A stretch of 64,000 nucleotides of DNA from Anaerolineae bacterium (GCA_049294015.1 JBAQCH010000345.1:4279-68278); one strand, 5' to 3'. Shown: positions 25,385 through 34,699, counted from the stretch's first letter. Numbers and translations are program-made. Notes: generated from the sequence alone by a model not told the origin.

Positions 25385-25933
25385 ATGCAGTTTCTGGCAG
25401 ATCCTGATTTTTGGAGCACATTGTCCTCAGCAGCAACAATTCTAGGTTTTGCGGTTGTGATTTACACGGCTGTAGTGGCTTTGGGTCAGCTAAAGGAGAT
25501 GACCAGGGCGAGGCATCTGGAAGCTATGTTGCAGGTGTACGAAATGATTGGCTCAGAAGAGGCCCGAAAACATAGGAGATTCATCTATACTGAACTCGAG
25601 TCGAAACCAGAGGAGTTAACCCCCTCCGAGCGCAAACATGTAGAACAAGTAAGCGTTACTTTTGACCGTATCGGGAAATTGGTTGAGTCAGGCTTAATAC
25701 CAAGAGACGAACTGCTAGAGAGCCACTGTGAGGTCATTATTAGGTCTTGGAAAAAACTAGAACCATACATTCTGTACCATCGACATATAGTGGGCGGACG
25801 CCATGCACAATACTTTGAACATCTAGCCGCAACCGCTCAAGAATATCATTCAAGACATTTCCCCGGCCAAGCTCTCAATATTGTTGATCTATGGCCGGGT
25901 GCAGTTGCATCCGATGAGACCAGCGCCGCCTAA
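25385..25933 (+). CDS. Hypothetical membrane-anchored protein with a single N-terminal transmembrane helix
   Basis: AAGGAGAAG RBS. Transmembrane segment TILGFAVVIYTAVVALG, then a soluble helical domain. Lower G+C. Confidence 0.5.
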   Translation: MQFLADPDFWSTLSSAATILGFAVVIYTAVVALGQLKEMTRARHLEAMLQVYEMIGSEEARKHRRFIYTELESKPEELTPSERKHVEQVSVTFDRIGKLVESGLIPRDELLESHCEVIIRSWKKLEPYILYHRHIVGGRHAQYFEHLAATAQEYHSRHFPGQALNIVDLWPGAVASDETSAA

Positions 25934-26089
25934 CATTGTTTGGAGCCGACGCCCACCCTTGCGCTCATAACCACCCTGTCATGCTCGCAATGGTGCCAGT
26001 GATTCGAGCGTGTCTTGCTAGCGGGGCGGGTGAGCGCGGCTCACACCAACCGTTAGATGCAGGTCACATTGTGTCTCCCCTCCCCAACT

Positions 26090-26260
26090 TCCCCGTGCAT
26101 CCGGCGCGCTGATGTGGAGGTGCACTGCAGCCTTGAGGCGGCTGGCGATGCGGCCGTGGTACTGGCTGAACTCGCGCTCCGTCTAGTTGGACGTGACCAC
26201 CGTGGGCAGGTCGTGGTTGACGCGGTAGTTGATCAGCTGGTAGAGCTTCTCCCGCGCCCA
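26090..26260 (-). pseudogene. Fragment A of a DnaC/helicase-loader-like C-terminus with an internal stop (W to *), just downstream of the DnaB-DnaC gene
   Basis: Minus strand reads …REKLYQLINYRVNHDLPTVVTSN*TEREFSQYHGRIASRLKAAVHLHISAPDARG. It is ~85-90% nucleotide-similar to 50600-50790 and 51481-51660. It is homologous to the C-terminus of the loader domain of 26329..28527 (LYDLLDQRMAL…). Confidence 0.4.
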
Positions 26261-26328
26261 GGCCGGCGAAGCAGGCACTACAACGAGATGCGCTTCGACT
26301 GGCACCGGAACCCGGTGCAGCGATTTCG

Positions 26329-28527
26329 CTAGAACCTCGCCTCTTCCTCCCACACCGGCAGCGCGCTGAAATCCACCAGCACTGGCCGGCCGCGCTTCAG
26401 GCCCCTCTGGGCTGTGGCTACCCCTAGATGTCCATGCTGAGCTAGCTGTTGTGCAAACTCCGCCGGCAACTGGTTCAGCACCAGCAGCACTGGCCCCTGC
26501 CGGCCGCCGGTCAGCGCCATTCGCTGGTCCAGCAGATCATACAGATAGCCCACGCTCCACTCGGTAGTGCCCTTGTCGGGATCGTCCAGGATCAATACCG
26601 GTGCCTGGGTCTGCTGCCACACCTCCGCCTCGCGTCCGTTGCCATTGAAGGTGCCCTTGATCTCGCGCATGTAGCTGCGCCAGTTGAGCCACACGGCTGG
26701 CATGCCGTGCTCCAGGATCAGCGCGCGCTGCACGATGCGCGCGAGCAAGGTCTTGCCGCGGCCACTGGGGCCGAAGAAGATGGCGAAGCGGCCCTCCAGC
26801 AGGGCCGACGCCACCTGCTCCTGCGCCTGCTGCAACACCGCCGCCCGCGCGCCAACGGCCAGGAAGTCGGTGACCACAGGCGGCGTCGCGCCGTTGCGGC
26901 TCTTAGCCAGCGCAGACAGCTCGCGCAGCACCGCTTCATCCAGCCGCTGGCTGCTGGCCAGGGCCTGCCCCACCTGGGTCACCAGGCGTTTGGGATCGCC
27001 CTCCATCTGCTTGACCTGCGCGCGGCCCTGCTGCAAGACCAGCTCCAGTCCCAGCGGGTGTAGCTGCCAGTCGGCCCAGGTGTAGGGAAGCGCCTCACAC
27101 TGGCGCAGCAGCTCCAGCCGGTGTGCGCGGCGGTCGGCCTCGCCGAAGATCAGCGGCTCCGGCGTGAACTGGGAGTAGCGCGGGTTCCAGCCCACCGGGA
27201 AGTCGCCGATCTGGCCGTTGCGCGCCTTGGCCAGGATCAGCGTGGCCCGGTTGACGTCGGCCTCGGGCACGAACTGGCTCTCCCGGTGGATGAAGACGAT
27301 CACCGACGCGTCCTTCTCCCACTGGCTCGATCCTTCCAGGTCGGACATCCTGGGCCGCTTGTCCGCGCGCTTGTCGACCTCGCGGTTGAGCTGCGCCACC
27401 ACGATCACTGCGATGTGTAGCTCCTTGGCCAGCGCCTTGAGTTGGCGCGAGATGTACGCCAGCTCCTGAGTGCGGTTCTCTGTGCGCAGGCCGGCTGTCA
27501 GGAGCTGCACGTAGTCCACGACCACGAACTGGATGGCGTGGCGCAGGTGCAGGCGCTTGACGCGCGCGGCCAGATCGGCCATGGTCAGGCTGGCCGAGTC
27601 GTCGACCAGCAGGTTGTCGGTGCTGGCCCGGGCGCGCGCCGCGTCCAGCGCCTGCCAGTCCTGGATGTCGCCCAGCCTGATCTGGATGGCGGTGTAGCCC
27701 GACTCGGGCGCGAGAATGCGCTCGCCCACCTGGGTGTCCTGCATCTCCAGCGAGAAGACCGCGCCGCGCGCGCCGGTCTTGGCCGCCTGGTGCGCGATGC
27801 CCAGCGCCAGCGCGGTCTTACCGCCGCCCGGGGGCGCGGCCAGCACGATGACGTCCGAAGGCCACATGCCGCCGGTGCGCCGGTCCAGCTCGGGGATGCC
27901 GAAGGGGATGGAGACTTCGTGCCCCTCCGCGCGCAGCCGCGCGTGTTCCCTGGCCTGGGCCACGGTGTCGTTCAACACTGCGGTCAGCGTCTTGGCCCTG
28001 CGCTCTCCCTTGCGCTGGACTGCCGTCTCCACCAACTCCACAGCGCCGGCGCAAAGCCGGTCGATGCTCTTGACTTCGTAGACCGACTGGGCAATCTGGC
28101 CGGCCGCGCGCAGCAGCCGGCGAGCCACCGCGCGCTCCTCCACGATGCGCGCGTAGTGCGTCGCATGGATGGCCGTGGGCACGGCGTTGATCAAGTCCAT
28201 GACGTAGGCCGGCCCGCCCGCTTCGTCCAACTGCCGGCGGCGTTCCAGCTCGTCGGTGACGGTGAGGAAATCGGCCTTCGAGTCCTTGCCGTTCAGGTCC
28301 AGGATGGCCTGGTAGATCCAGCCATGTTTCTGCAGATGGAAGTCGTCAGCGGCCAGCAGCTCGGCGACCTCCACCACGGCGTCGGGATCGATGAGGATGG
28401 ACCCAAGCACAGCCTGCTCTGCCTCGACGTTGGCAGGGATTGGGGGTTCGTTGGGATTCGGTTCGTACACGCAGGGACCTCTTGGCACGCAGGTGAGATT
28501 TCCGGGAACCGGTTCCGACAGGCTCAA
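26329..28527 (-). CDS. Replicative helicase DnaB fused to a DnaC/IstB-like AAA+ helicase-loader domain. Start uncertain: TTG at 28527 or GTG near 28468.
   Basis: DnaB N-terminus PANVEAEQAVLGSILIDPDAV. RecA-like Walker A AAPPGGGKTALALG. DnaB C-terminus ILAKARNGQIG. A second P-loop domain FFGPSGRGKTLLA…VLILDD follows. Confidence 0.75.
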   Translation of the reverse strand: MSLSEPVPGNLTCVPRGPCVYEPNPNEPPIPANVEAEQAVLGSILIDPDAVVEVAELLAADDFHLQKHGWIYQAILDLNGKDSKADFLTVTDELERRRQLDEAGGPAYVMDLINAVPTAIHATHYARIVEERAVARRLLRAAGQIAQSVYEVKSIDRLCAGAVELVETAVQRKGERRAKTLTAVLNDTVAQAREHARLRAEGHEVSIPFGIPELDRRTGGMWPSDVIVLAAPPGGGKTALALGIAHQAAKTGARGAVFSLEMQDTQVGERILAPESGYTAIQIRLGDIQDWQALDAARARASTDNLLVDDSASLTMADLAARVKRLHLRHAIQFVVVDYVQLLTAGLRTENRTQELAYISRQLKALAKELHIAVIVVAQLNREVDKRADKRPRMSDLEGSSQWEKDASVIVFIHRESQFVPEADVNRATLILAKARNGQIGDFPVGWNPRYSQFTPEPLIFGEADRRAHRLELLRQCEALPYTWADWQLHPLGLELVLQQGRAQVKQMEGDPKRLVTQVGQALASSQRLDEAVLRELSALAKSRNGATPPVVTDFLAVGARAAVLQQAQEQVASALLEGRFAIFFGPSGRGKTLLARIVQRALILEHGMPAVWLNWRSYMREIKGTFNGNGREAEVWQQTQAPVLILDDPDKGTTEWSVGYLYDLLDQRMALTGGRQGPVLLVLNQLPAEFAQQLAQHGHLGVATAQRGLKRGRPVLVDFSALPVWEEEARF

Positions 28528-28540
28528 CCCAAGGGTTTCG
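28501..28540. repeat. ~40-nt composite hairpin element GGAACCGGTTCCGACAGGCTCAACCCAAGGGTTTCG, one of four copies
   Basis: Near-identical copies lie at 35090-35130, 42521-42560 and, inverted, 41557-41594. Each contains the palindromes CGGAACCGGTT(T)CG and AACC-N4-GGTT. Confidence 0.5.
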
Positions 28541-28559
28541 CGACCGTGCGCCGCAGGCG

Positions 28560-28985
28560 CTACAGAGCCAGAGCGACCAGGTCAGCCCAGCGCTCGCCAG
28601 TTTCCTCGCCCCAGTGGTGTCGGGACGCCAGCGCAGTCCCGCTGCCGTCGTAGTCGCGTTCGCAGTCATCGCAGGTATTGAGCCAGGAAGATGCCAGTTC
28701 CAGCCGCGCGCCGCACAGGCAGCGCGCGATAGCAGGATAGCGGATGGTGCGCCGCTCGCATATCACGCCGTCGAAGATGATGGCGCGGCCGCTTCTTCCC
28801 TGGCCTGTGCAGCACATGCGCAAGCTTTCCAGTCCATCCGGGTGCAGAGTTGCTTCGTCCACGTTGCCAGACGCGTCGCAAGGAAAGGCCCAGCCGCAGC
28901 CAGGCGCATCGGCCAAGGAAAAGGACAGCCGGTATTCCTCGATGTTTTCCAGGCGCGCGTCTTCAATGATTGACAGTGCCATCAT
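28560..28985 (-). CDS. Hypothetical phage-module protein
   Basis: Start MMALSII is coupled to the upstream stop (ATGATGG overlap). Confidence 0.4.
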   Translation of the reverse strand: MMALSIIEDARLENIEEYRLSFSLADAPGCGWAFPCDASGNVDEATLHPDGLESLRMCCTGQGRSGRAIIFDGVICERRTIRYPAIARCLCGARLELASSWLNTCDDCERDYDGSGTALASRHHWGEETGERWADLVALAL

Positions 28986-29440
28986 GCCTCCTTGTCGTAC
29001 CAGTGGATGACGCCAGGCGTCGCCATCAAGCCTTGCAGCCACGCATCCCTTTGCCGGATCGCCGCAGCGCGCTCAGCCTCGATCCTCTCATCGGTCACGC
29101 CTGCGTAGTAGTCCGGTTTCTTGGCCAGCTCTTCCTCGATGATCTGGTCGGCCAGCAGCGGATACTTCGCTTTGACCCTGCGGGCCAGACGCTTCTGGCG
29201 CACCGCTGCCAGCGCTTTCTGGCTCAGCGGCTTGATAGGCGCTTCGATGGGACACCAGGAGATGACCCAGCCACTGCCAATCACGTGCAACTCAGCCAGC
29301 TCAGCGGGACATCCGCCCCAACCGTAGTTGGGGTGTTCCACAGGGAAGAAGACCTCAGCGCGCACGCGTGGCAGTCCATCGCGGGGTGTGGTGTAGGGAT
29401 TGGACCAGCGCAGCGACCAGACGCTGCCAAGGACAGTCAT
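28982..29440 (-). CDS. Hypothetical phage-module protein
   Basis: Protein-like composition in the leftward operon. No motifs. Confidence 0.4.
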   Translation of the reverse strand: MTVLGSVWSLRWSNPYTTPRDGLPRVRAEVFFPVEHPNYGWGGCPAELAELHVIGSGWVISWCPIEAPIKPLSQKALAAVRQKRLARRVKAKYPLLADQIIEEELAKKPDYYAGVTDERIEAERAAAIRQRDAWLQGLMATPGVIHWYDKEA

Positions 29441-29461
29441 GGGTGGTCTCCTGTGCGGCTT

Positions 29462-31177
29462 TCACTGCACGATGGGCGCCACGCGCGCCAGGAGGGCGTC
29501 CATCAGGACGGGCGGGTTGGCGTTGCCGATCTGCCTCACCTGATCGCGCTGGCTGCCCAGGATCACATAGTCCCGGGGAAACGACTGCGCCAGCTTGCAC
29601 TCGGCCGCGGTCAACATGCGGAACAGGCAGTCCTCCAGCGCCGGCCGCTGGGGAGATACGATCAGGCTGTGCCGGTCCACCGTCGTGACTGTGGGCAGCG
29701 CCTTTTCGACAGGCTGCGGCACAGAATGGCTGTAGTAGGACATCACCAGGGCGTGGTGCAGGCCGCCAGCCGTGACTGTGCCCAGCGGCCCGTCGACTCC
29801 GATGGCTGTCTGGTGGTTGCGCAGCTGCGCCAGGAAGGGCACAGCCAGCAGCCCGTGCTGGATGGCCGTCACCTGGGTGCTGAGCGGCTGGTCTGCGCCG
29901 GTGGTCTTGAAGTGGTCTGCGCCGTCCACGTTGCGCATGGCGACCACAGCCGGCGTGGCCAGCAGCCATTGCTGGATGCCAGCAGCCACCTGGGTGGGCA
30001 GCGGACCCTCGACTGGCTGCACCTGGTAGTGATCGCGGTTGGCGTCGCGCATGGAGACGATGGCCGGCACAACCACGCCCAGGTTCTGGCGGGCAGTCTG
30101 AGCCGGCAGCTCGCGGGTGACCTCGCGCGCCGGATGGCTGTTGTCGCCGTGGTCGGTGTAGACGACGAAGGGGCTGACCACCAGGCCCACAGACTGGGTG
30201 GCCGCCTGGGTCGGCATTACTCCACAAACATGCCGCACACGTTGGGCCGGGCTGTTTGTCTGGCTGATGTTGACGGTGAAGGCATCCCAGAACTTGTCCA
30301 AACCGGCCTGGATGCGTTCCATGGTGCGAGGCTTGAGCGGCCGCTGGCGGTCGCCAATGCGCTGCATGGGCAAACGCCAGTCGATCACGTTGGCCGCAGC
30401 GTAGTAGTATGGCGTCACCACGTTGGCGCACATAGGGCAGCGGTAGACATACTGGCCGCGTTCGCCCCAGCGGCCCCAGCGGCTGCCTGGCTTCTTCCAG
30501 GATTGGACGGCTTCGATCTCGACGCCGCAGTGTTGGCAAGGCGCCAGCGGCCGGAAGTCCAGATCGGGCTTGGGCAGGCCCTTGCGCCAGAGCACCACGA
30601 ACATGCGGTCGCGGGACTGAGGCACGAAGTCGCCCACAGCCAGGCCAGCGTGGGGACGCATGTGGGCAAACATGGCGTTGATGTAGACCACCTGCCACTC
30701 ATAACCCAGCTTGTGCAGCGCGCGCAGCCACTCTGGGAACAGCCGCCACTTGCGGAAGTCCACCACGTTCTCGACGATGATGGCGTTGTAGCGATGCACC
30801 TCGGCGAAGCGCACCACATCCCAGGCAGTGGCGCGCGAGCGTTCGGCGGCCGGGTCGAACTGGACGTTGCCGAACAGATCGGCCTGCGCCTCACGCTTCT
30901 TGCCGCTGGCCAGGCTATGATTAATGCACTCAGGGCTAGTGATCAGCACGTCGGTGCGGCCGTAGCGGGCCGGATCAACCTTGCCCACGTCAGCGCAGTC
31001 GTGGAAGGTATCAGGGAAATTGGCGCTGTGGCTTTCCACGGCCAACTGCCAGTGGTTGACGGCGTACACGACGCGCAGACCGCGCCGGGCCGCGCCAGCA
31101 GACGAGCCGCCTGCGCCGCAGAACTGGTCGAAGACCGTGGGGGTGACGTTGCCGCCGAACTGACGAATGTGTGTCAT
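29462..31177 (-). CDS. DNA (cytosine-5)-methyltransferase with an enlarged variable region built from ~5 degenerate ~40-aa repeats (candidate multi-TRD)
   Basis: Motif I FDQFCGAGGSSAG. Motif IV-like ITSPECINHSLASGKK. Motif ENV IIVENV. C-terminal QIGNANPP. Repeats LPAQTARQNLGVVVPAIVSMRD, LPTQVAAGIQQWLLATPAVVAMRN and LSTQVTAIQHGLLAVPFLAQLRN. Confidence 0.8.
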   Translation of the reverse strand: MTHIRQFGGNVTPTVFDQFCGAGGSSAGAARRGLRVVYAVNHWQLAVESHSANFPDTFHDCADVGKVDPARYGRTDVLITSPECINHSLASGKKREAQADLFGNVQFDPAAERSRATAWDVVRFAEVHRYNAIIVENVVDFRKWRLFPEWLRALHKLGYEWQVVYINAMFAHMRPHAGLAVGDFVPQSRDRMFVVLWRKGLPKPDLDFRPLAPCQHCGVEIEAVQSWKKPGSRWGRWGERGQYVYRCPMCANVVTPYYYAAANVIDWRLPMQRIGDRQRPLKPRTMERIQAGLDKFWDAFTVNISQTNSPAQRVRHVCGVMPTQAATQSVGLVVSPFVVYTDHGDNSHPAREVTRELPAQTARQNLGVVVPAIVSMRDANRDHYQVQPVEGPLPTQVAAGIQQWLLATPAVVAMRNVDGADHFKTTGADQPLSTQVTAIQHGLLAVPFLAQLRNHQTAIGVDGPLGTVTAGGLHHALVMSYYSHSVPQPVEKALPTVTTVDRHSLIVSPQRPALEDCLFRMLTAAECKLAQSFPRDYVILGSQRDQVRQIGNANPPVLMDALLARVAPIVQ

Positions 31178-31503
31178 TGGTCGTTGTGTGTCCCGGAACC
31201 CGGTTCCGGCTGTGCGTCCTGGGCAGCGCGTCCATCACCGCCCATCGCCGCGTCGCGCGCCAGCCGCTCGTTTTCCATGCGCCGCGCGAGAGGCGGCTTG
31301 CCGAACATGAGGCCCAGCGTCCAGCTTGCCGGGTAGCGGTTGGGCGTCATGCCCAGGGCCGTCAGAGCCGCCATCGCGCCGGCAAAGAAATCAGCCTCGT
31401 TCATGCCGGGCTGGGCCTTCATGCGCTGTAAGCCGATCTCTTCCACCTGCTCGACGACCTGGCGGTAGAAGGTCTTGTCGTCCCAGTCGATGGTCATAAT
31501 CAT
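31174..31503 (-). CDS. Hypothetical protein whose C-terminus overlaps a GGAACCCGGTTCC palindrome
   Basis: Protein-like composition. Confidence 0.4.
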   Translation of the reverse strand: MIMTIDWDDKTFYRQVVEQVEEIGLQRMKAQPGMNEADFFAGAMAALTALGMTPNRYPASWTLGLMFGKPPLARRMENERLARDAAMGGDGRAAQDAQPEPGSGTHNDQ

Positions 31504-31548
31504 CTCCTCGCGGTGCTCAGAACAGCGTTGACTGCTGTGGCCTGGTCT

Positions 31549-33159
31549 TCAGTCCCACCGATCCAGCCGATAGTCGAGGCTGCGTCCCGCGCTCCAGACG
31601 CGCAGCGTGGCGTTCCATGCGTTGTCGCCCTTGGTCAGCATCACGCCTGCCGCGTGCGGCTCGTTCATGCCCTGGATGCTGGCGCTGCGCGAGTAGGCCT
31701 CGATCACCGAACGGATGCCGTGAAACTCGGCCTTCAGTATCTCTGGGAAGATGGCAGCGCCGGCCTGCCTGCTCTCGCGCGCGCCGGCGATGACGAACAT
31801 CACACCAGCGCCCTGGTGCTCGAAGCCGCCGTTCCACATGGATGGCTTGAGCGTGATGGCTTCCACGTCATGGAACTGGCCGCCGCGCAGGCCAAACGAA
31901 GCGGCCGTCGAGCCGCCGTGCCAGAAATACCACGACACTGGGTTGCGCGCGTCCGCGCGGTCCCATTGCAGGATCGGCGGCGCGTCAGGATGCACAGCCG
32001 TCACCAGCGCCACGTAGGAACCTCGGTCGGGCGCCAGGATCTGGATGCGCTCAGCAGTCGGCAGCACGGTGCGCTGGAACTTCTCCCAAGTCATGGTCTG
32101 CGCCGGGATGCGGATGTTGGTCGCCGGCTGAGCAGGCTTCGGCTTCAGGTGGCCAAACACGCCATCGGCCGGCGCATCGTTCTTCTTGGGCGCCGGCCGC
32201 CAGAGCGCCTGCAGCTCGTCCACGCGGCAGAAGCGCCGCAAGAGCGAACCCTCTGCATGAAGCTGTTGCACCGTCTTCTCGGCCGCGGCAATCGCGCCGG
32301 CCGTCGGCGCGGCCTGCGGGCGCTGGTAGCGCAGGGGGTGCATCTTGGCAGCGAAGCGACTGGCGACCTCTTCGAACCTCATGCCGGCGGCGATGTCCTC
32401 CAGCAGCGTGCCGATCATGCTGCTGCGCGGGTGGCAGAAACCGGCTGGCGCAGTGGCCACCGCGCGCCACACCACGTTGGCCTTGCGCGGGCCGTGGGCT
32501 ACGGCGCGCGCGCCGTGCAGGGCGTGCAGCCATTCCGCTTGCCCCAGCACCTTCTCGCTGCGGTACAGCGCGTCAGTCTGGAGCAGGGCCAGCGCCATCT
32601 CCAGGTGGATCTGCGTGATCTCGCCCAGCGCGCGCGTCACAGCTTGGAAGTCCTCGCGCTTCTCGGCCATCGCCTGGCCGGCCGTCTGCGTGGCGCGCTG
32701 GAACACCATGCTCGCAGCCGGCTGCACGGCGAAGTGACGCCACACGCCGGTCTCAGGCGTTCCCCACACAGGGTTGGACGCCAGGAACACGCCTGTCACC
32801 CTGGCGCGGCGCACCAGCTTCGCCATGGCGGCCAGGGCCGGTTTGTAGGCGTCCGGCGCATCGTCCTCGTCCCAGATGGCCGATTTGGTTGCGCCTTCCT
32901 CATCGATGGTCACCAGGCTGCCGAAGCGCTCGATGAACTGGCGGCACGCATGGCAATTGTGGTACTGCCGAACGTCAGGGTCGGCGAAGCTGCCCAGGTA
33001 GGCGTCCCACAGCCCTTCAGCGTCGGTCGTGAACAGCGGCTGCGCGCCGCCCGCGCAGTTGGCCAGGAAGCGCGCGTTCACGCGGGCCAGGAAGTCGTTG
33101 TAGCCGTCGTCGTCGTGGTTGCCGTGGGCTACTGCGGTTGCCGATACTTGAGTGCTCAT
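31549..33159 (-). CDS. Large hypothetical phage-associated protein, family not recognised
   Basis: Normal composition (…YHNCHACRQFIERFG…). The overlapping + strand ORF is Arg-rich antisense. Confidence 0.5.
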   Translation of the reverse strand: MSTQVSATAVAHGNHDDDGYNDFLARVNARFLANCAGGAQPLFTTDAEGLWDAYLGSFADPDVRQYHNCHACRQFIERFGSLVTIDEEGATKSAIWDEDDAPDAYKPALAAMAKLVRRARVTGVFLASNPVWGTPETGVWRHFAVQPAASMVFQRATQTAGQAMAEKREDFQAVTRALGEITQIHLEMALALLQTDALYRSEKVLGQAEWLHALHGARAVAHGPRKANVVWRAVATAPAGFCHPRSSMIGTLLEDIAAGMRFEEVASRFAAKMHPLRYQRPQAAPTAGAIAAAEKTVQQLHAEGSLLRRFCRVDELQALWRPAPKKNDAPADGVFGHLKPKPAQPATNIRIPAQTMTWEKFQRTVLPTAERIQILAPDRGSYVALVTAVHPDAPPILQWDRADARNPVSWYFWHGGSTAASFGLRGGQFHDVEAITLKPSMWNGGFEHQGAGVMFVIAGARESRQAGAAIFPEILKAEFHGIRSVIEAYSRSASIQGMNEPHAAGVMLTKGDNAWNATLRVWSAGRSLDYRLDRWD

Positions 33160-33416
33160 GATTGCTCCTTACTGAATGGGTGGTACTGCTCGTCGTAGCA
33201 GTCCTGGCAGATGAAAACCCAGCCGGCCGCGCGGTGCTCGGCGAACCGCATGGTACGTCGGCTGTGCCAGCGGCCGCAGGATGGGCAGCGATGAGGCAGG
33301 AAGCCTCTCAGCCGCCACCACCAGTTGCGGACGCGCCAGGGTTGTAGTGCATAGCCGGCCAGGACGCCCAGCGTGAAGGTCAGAACCGGGGTGTAGGGAT
33401 CGATCATGTGTCGCAT
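33156..33416 (-). CDS. Small membrane protein with a Cys4 zinc-finger
   Basis: A transmembrane helix, then CPSCGRW…CQDCY. Confidence 0.4.
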   Translation of the reverse strand: MRHMIDPYTPVLTFTLGVLAGYALQPWRVRNWWWRLRGFLPHRCPSCGRWHSRRTMRFAEHRAAGWVFICQDCYDEQYHPFSKEQS

Positions 33417-33428
33417 TCCTCGTCTTGA

Positions 33429-33650
33429 TCAGAATGGCGGCTCGCTGTTGCGCGCTGCCAGCACTTGCTTGCGTTCCACCTCTAAGCGCTCGTCCTGCCA
33501 CCGCTCGTACTCGATCATCACGCGTGCCACGTTGGCGCACGCATCGGCGATCTGGGCGAACGCGATGCGATCTGGCATCAAGTAGCGCATTGTGTTGCCG
33601 GCGTTGTCGCAGTAGTCGGCTGCTTGTTTCAACAGCTTCTCGATGTCCAT
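33429..33650 (-). CDS. Hypothetical small protein
   Basis: Protein-like composition. Confidence 0.35.
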   Translation of the reverse strand: MDIEKLLKQAADYCDNAGNTMRYLMPDRIAFAQIADACANVARVMIEYERWQDERLEVERKQVLAARNSEPPF

Positions 33651-33673
33651 CGGTTTCTCCGGTACTACGATGG

Positions 33674-34015
33674 TCAGAACGGCAACCCGCGCGGGCAGAT
33701 AGGGCAGAACACGCCATCAGCGCACTGCACCGCGCACTGGGCGCAGACCGGCCTGCCGCAGTGGTCGCAGGTGGTGTGGACGCCGGCGACAGCCACCTTG
33801 CCGCACAGGGCGCAGGTGCGGTTGGCCGCCAGTTGGCGGTTCAGCTCATCCGCGGCCCAGAGCAGAAGGTGAGTGTCCGTGATTTCCATCATACATCTGT
33901 AGTCTTCCGACAGATTTCGTGGAGGTTTGCAGGCAAAACACCACACGTCACCGTCGTATGGCGACACCTGCCAATGGCGTTCATCATGCCGGCAAACCGT
34001 GTTTCTGCGTTCCAT
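33674..34015 (-). CDS. Cys-rich zinc-binding small protein
   Basis: CFACK…CALCGK…CDHCGRPVCAQCAVQC…CPICP. Confidence 0.4.
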   Translation of the reverse strand: MERRNTVCRHDERHWQVSPYDGDVWCFACKPPRNLSEDYRCMMEITDTHLLLWAADELNRQLAANRTCALCGKVAVAGVHTTCDHCGRPVCAQCAVQCADGVFCPICPRGLPF

Positions 34016-34021
34016 CGTCTC

Positions 34022-34231
34022 TTAGTCGCTGGGCCGCTCGTCCAGGCCCCAATCAGGATCAGCCGGCTGAGGCTCGCTCACCCGCTCGGCCGCATAGCAG
34101 TCGTTGCACAGCGTGGCGCCTTCCCACAGCGGCAGCTCGGGACCGGCATAGTTGGCCTCGGCCATGTTGATCTCGTCGCCGCAGCGGTCGCAGATGGTGG
34201 TGCGATCGGTGTCGTCGAAAGGCGGTCTCAT
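34022..34231 (-). CDS. Zinc-ribbon small protein
   Basis: CDRCGDE…CNDCY. Confidence 0.4.
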   Translation of the reverse strand: MRPPFDDTDRTTICDRCGDEINMAEANYAGPELPLWEGATLCNDCYAAERVSEPQPADPDWGLDERPSD

Positions 34232-34234
34232 GGT

Positions 34235-34612
34235 TCACACTTCCTTGGCTCTACCGCCAGCACGGATGGTCAGGGTACCAGCGATCTCGCGCTCAGTGCG
34301 GTACGACGCCAGCAACAAAGCCAAGCTTGGCATGGCAACTTTCAGCTTGTCCAGGCCCTTGGCGTCATAGCTGGAACGGATGCTGGGTGCGGTCACATAG
34401 GCCACGCCGACAGCGGTCTCCAGGCGATCCGCGCCGATCTCGGCCAGCACGTCGGCGAGGACCTGCTTGGCGCTGGAGCGGATCACGTCCAGCTCGGCGA
34501 TGCGCTCGCCCATCTCCAGGTAGATCGTCATAGCCTCGGCCGCGGCTTCAGCAGGCTGCAGATCGCGGTCGTAGATGGTGGCTAGCTGCTCCAGGGCGGT
34601 CTGTGCGTCCAA
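34235..34612 (-). CDS. Hypothetical protein
   Basis: A GCGCC-N3-GGCGCTAC hairpin motif lies ~30 nt upstream. Confidence 0.45.
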   Translation of the reverse strand: MDAQTALEQLATIYDRDLQPAEAAAEAMTIYLEMGERIAELDVIRSSAKQVLADVLAEIGADRLETAVGVAYVTAPSIRSSYDAKGLDKLKVAMPSLALLLASYRTEREIAGTLTIRAGGRAKEV

Positions 34613-34699
34613 TGGGTACTCCTTATTGTCGTCTTGCCAGTCATGCGCCGTAGGCGCTACGTGGAGGATCAGCCAATCTCGCAGCCGAAGTCAGTGAAG

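Noticed and set aside
25330-25387. RBS-sequestering hairpin (riboswitch/attenuator) upstream of 25385
   Set aside because: CTTTCTCC…GGAGAAG pairing is imperfect, with only ~6 bp and a 21-nt loop. That is too weak to claim without folding energy or conservation.
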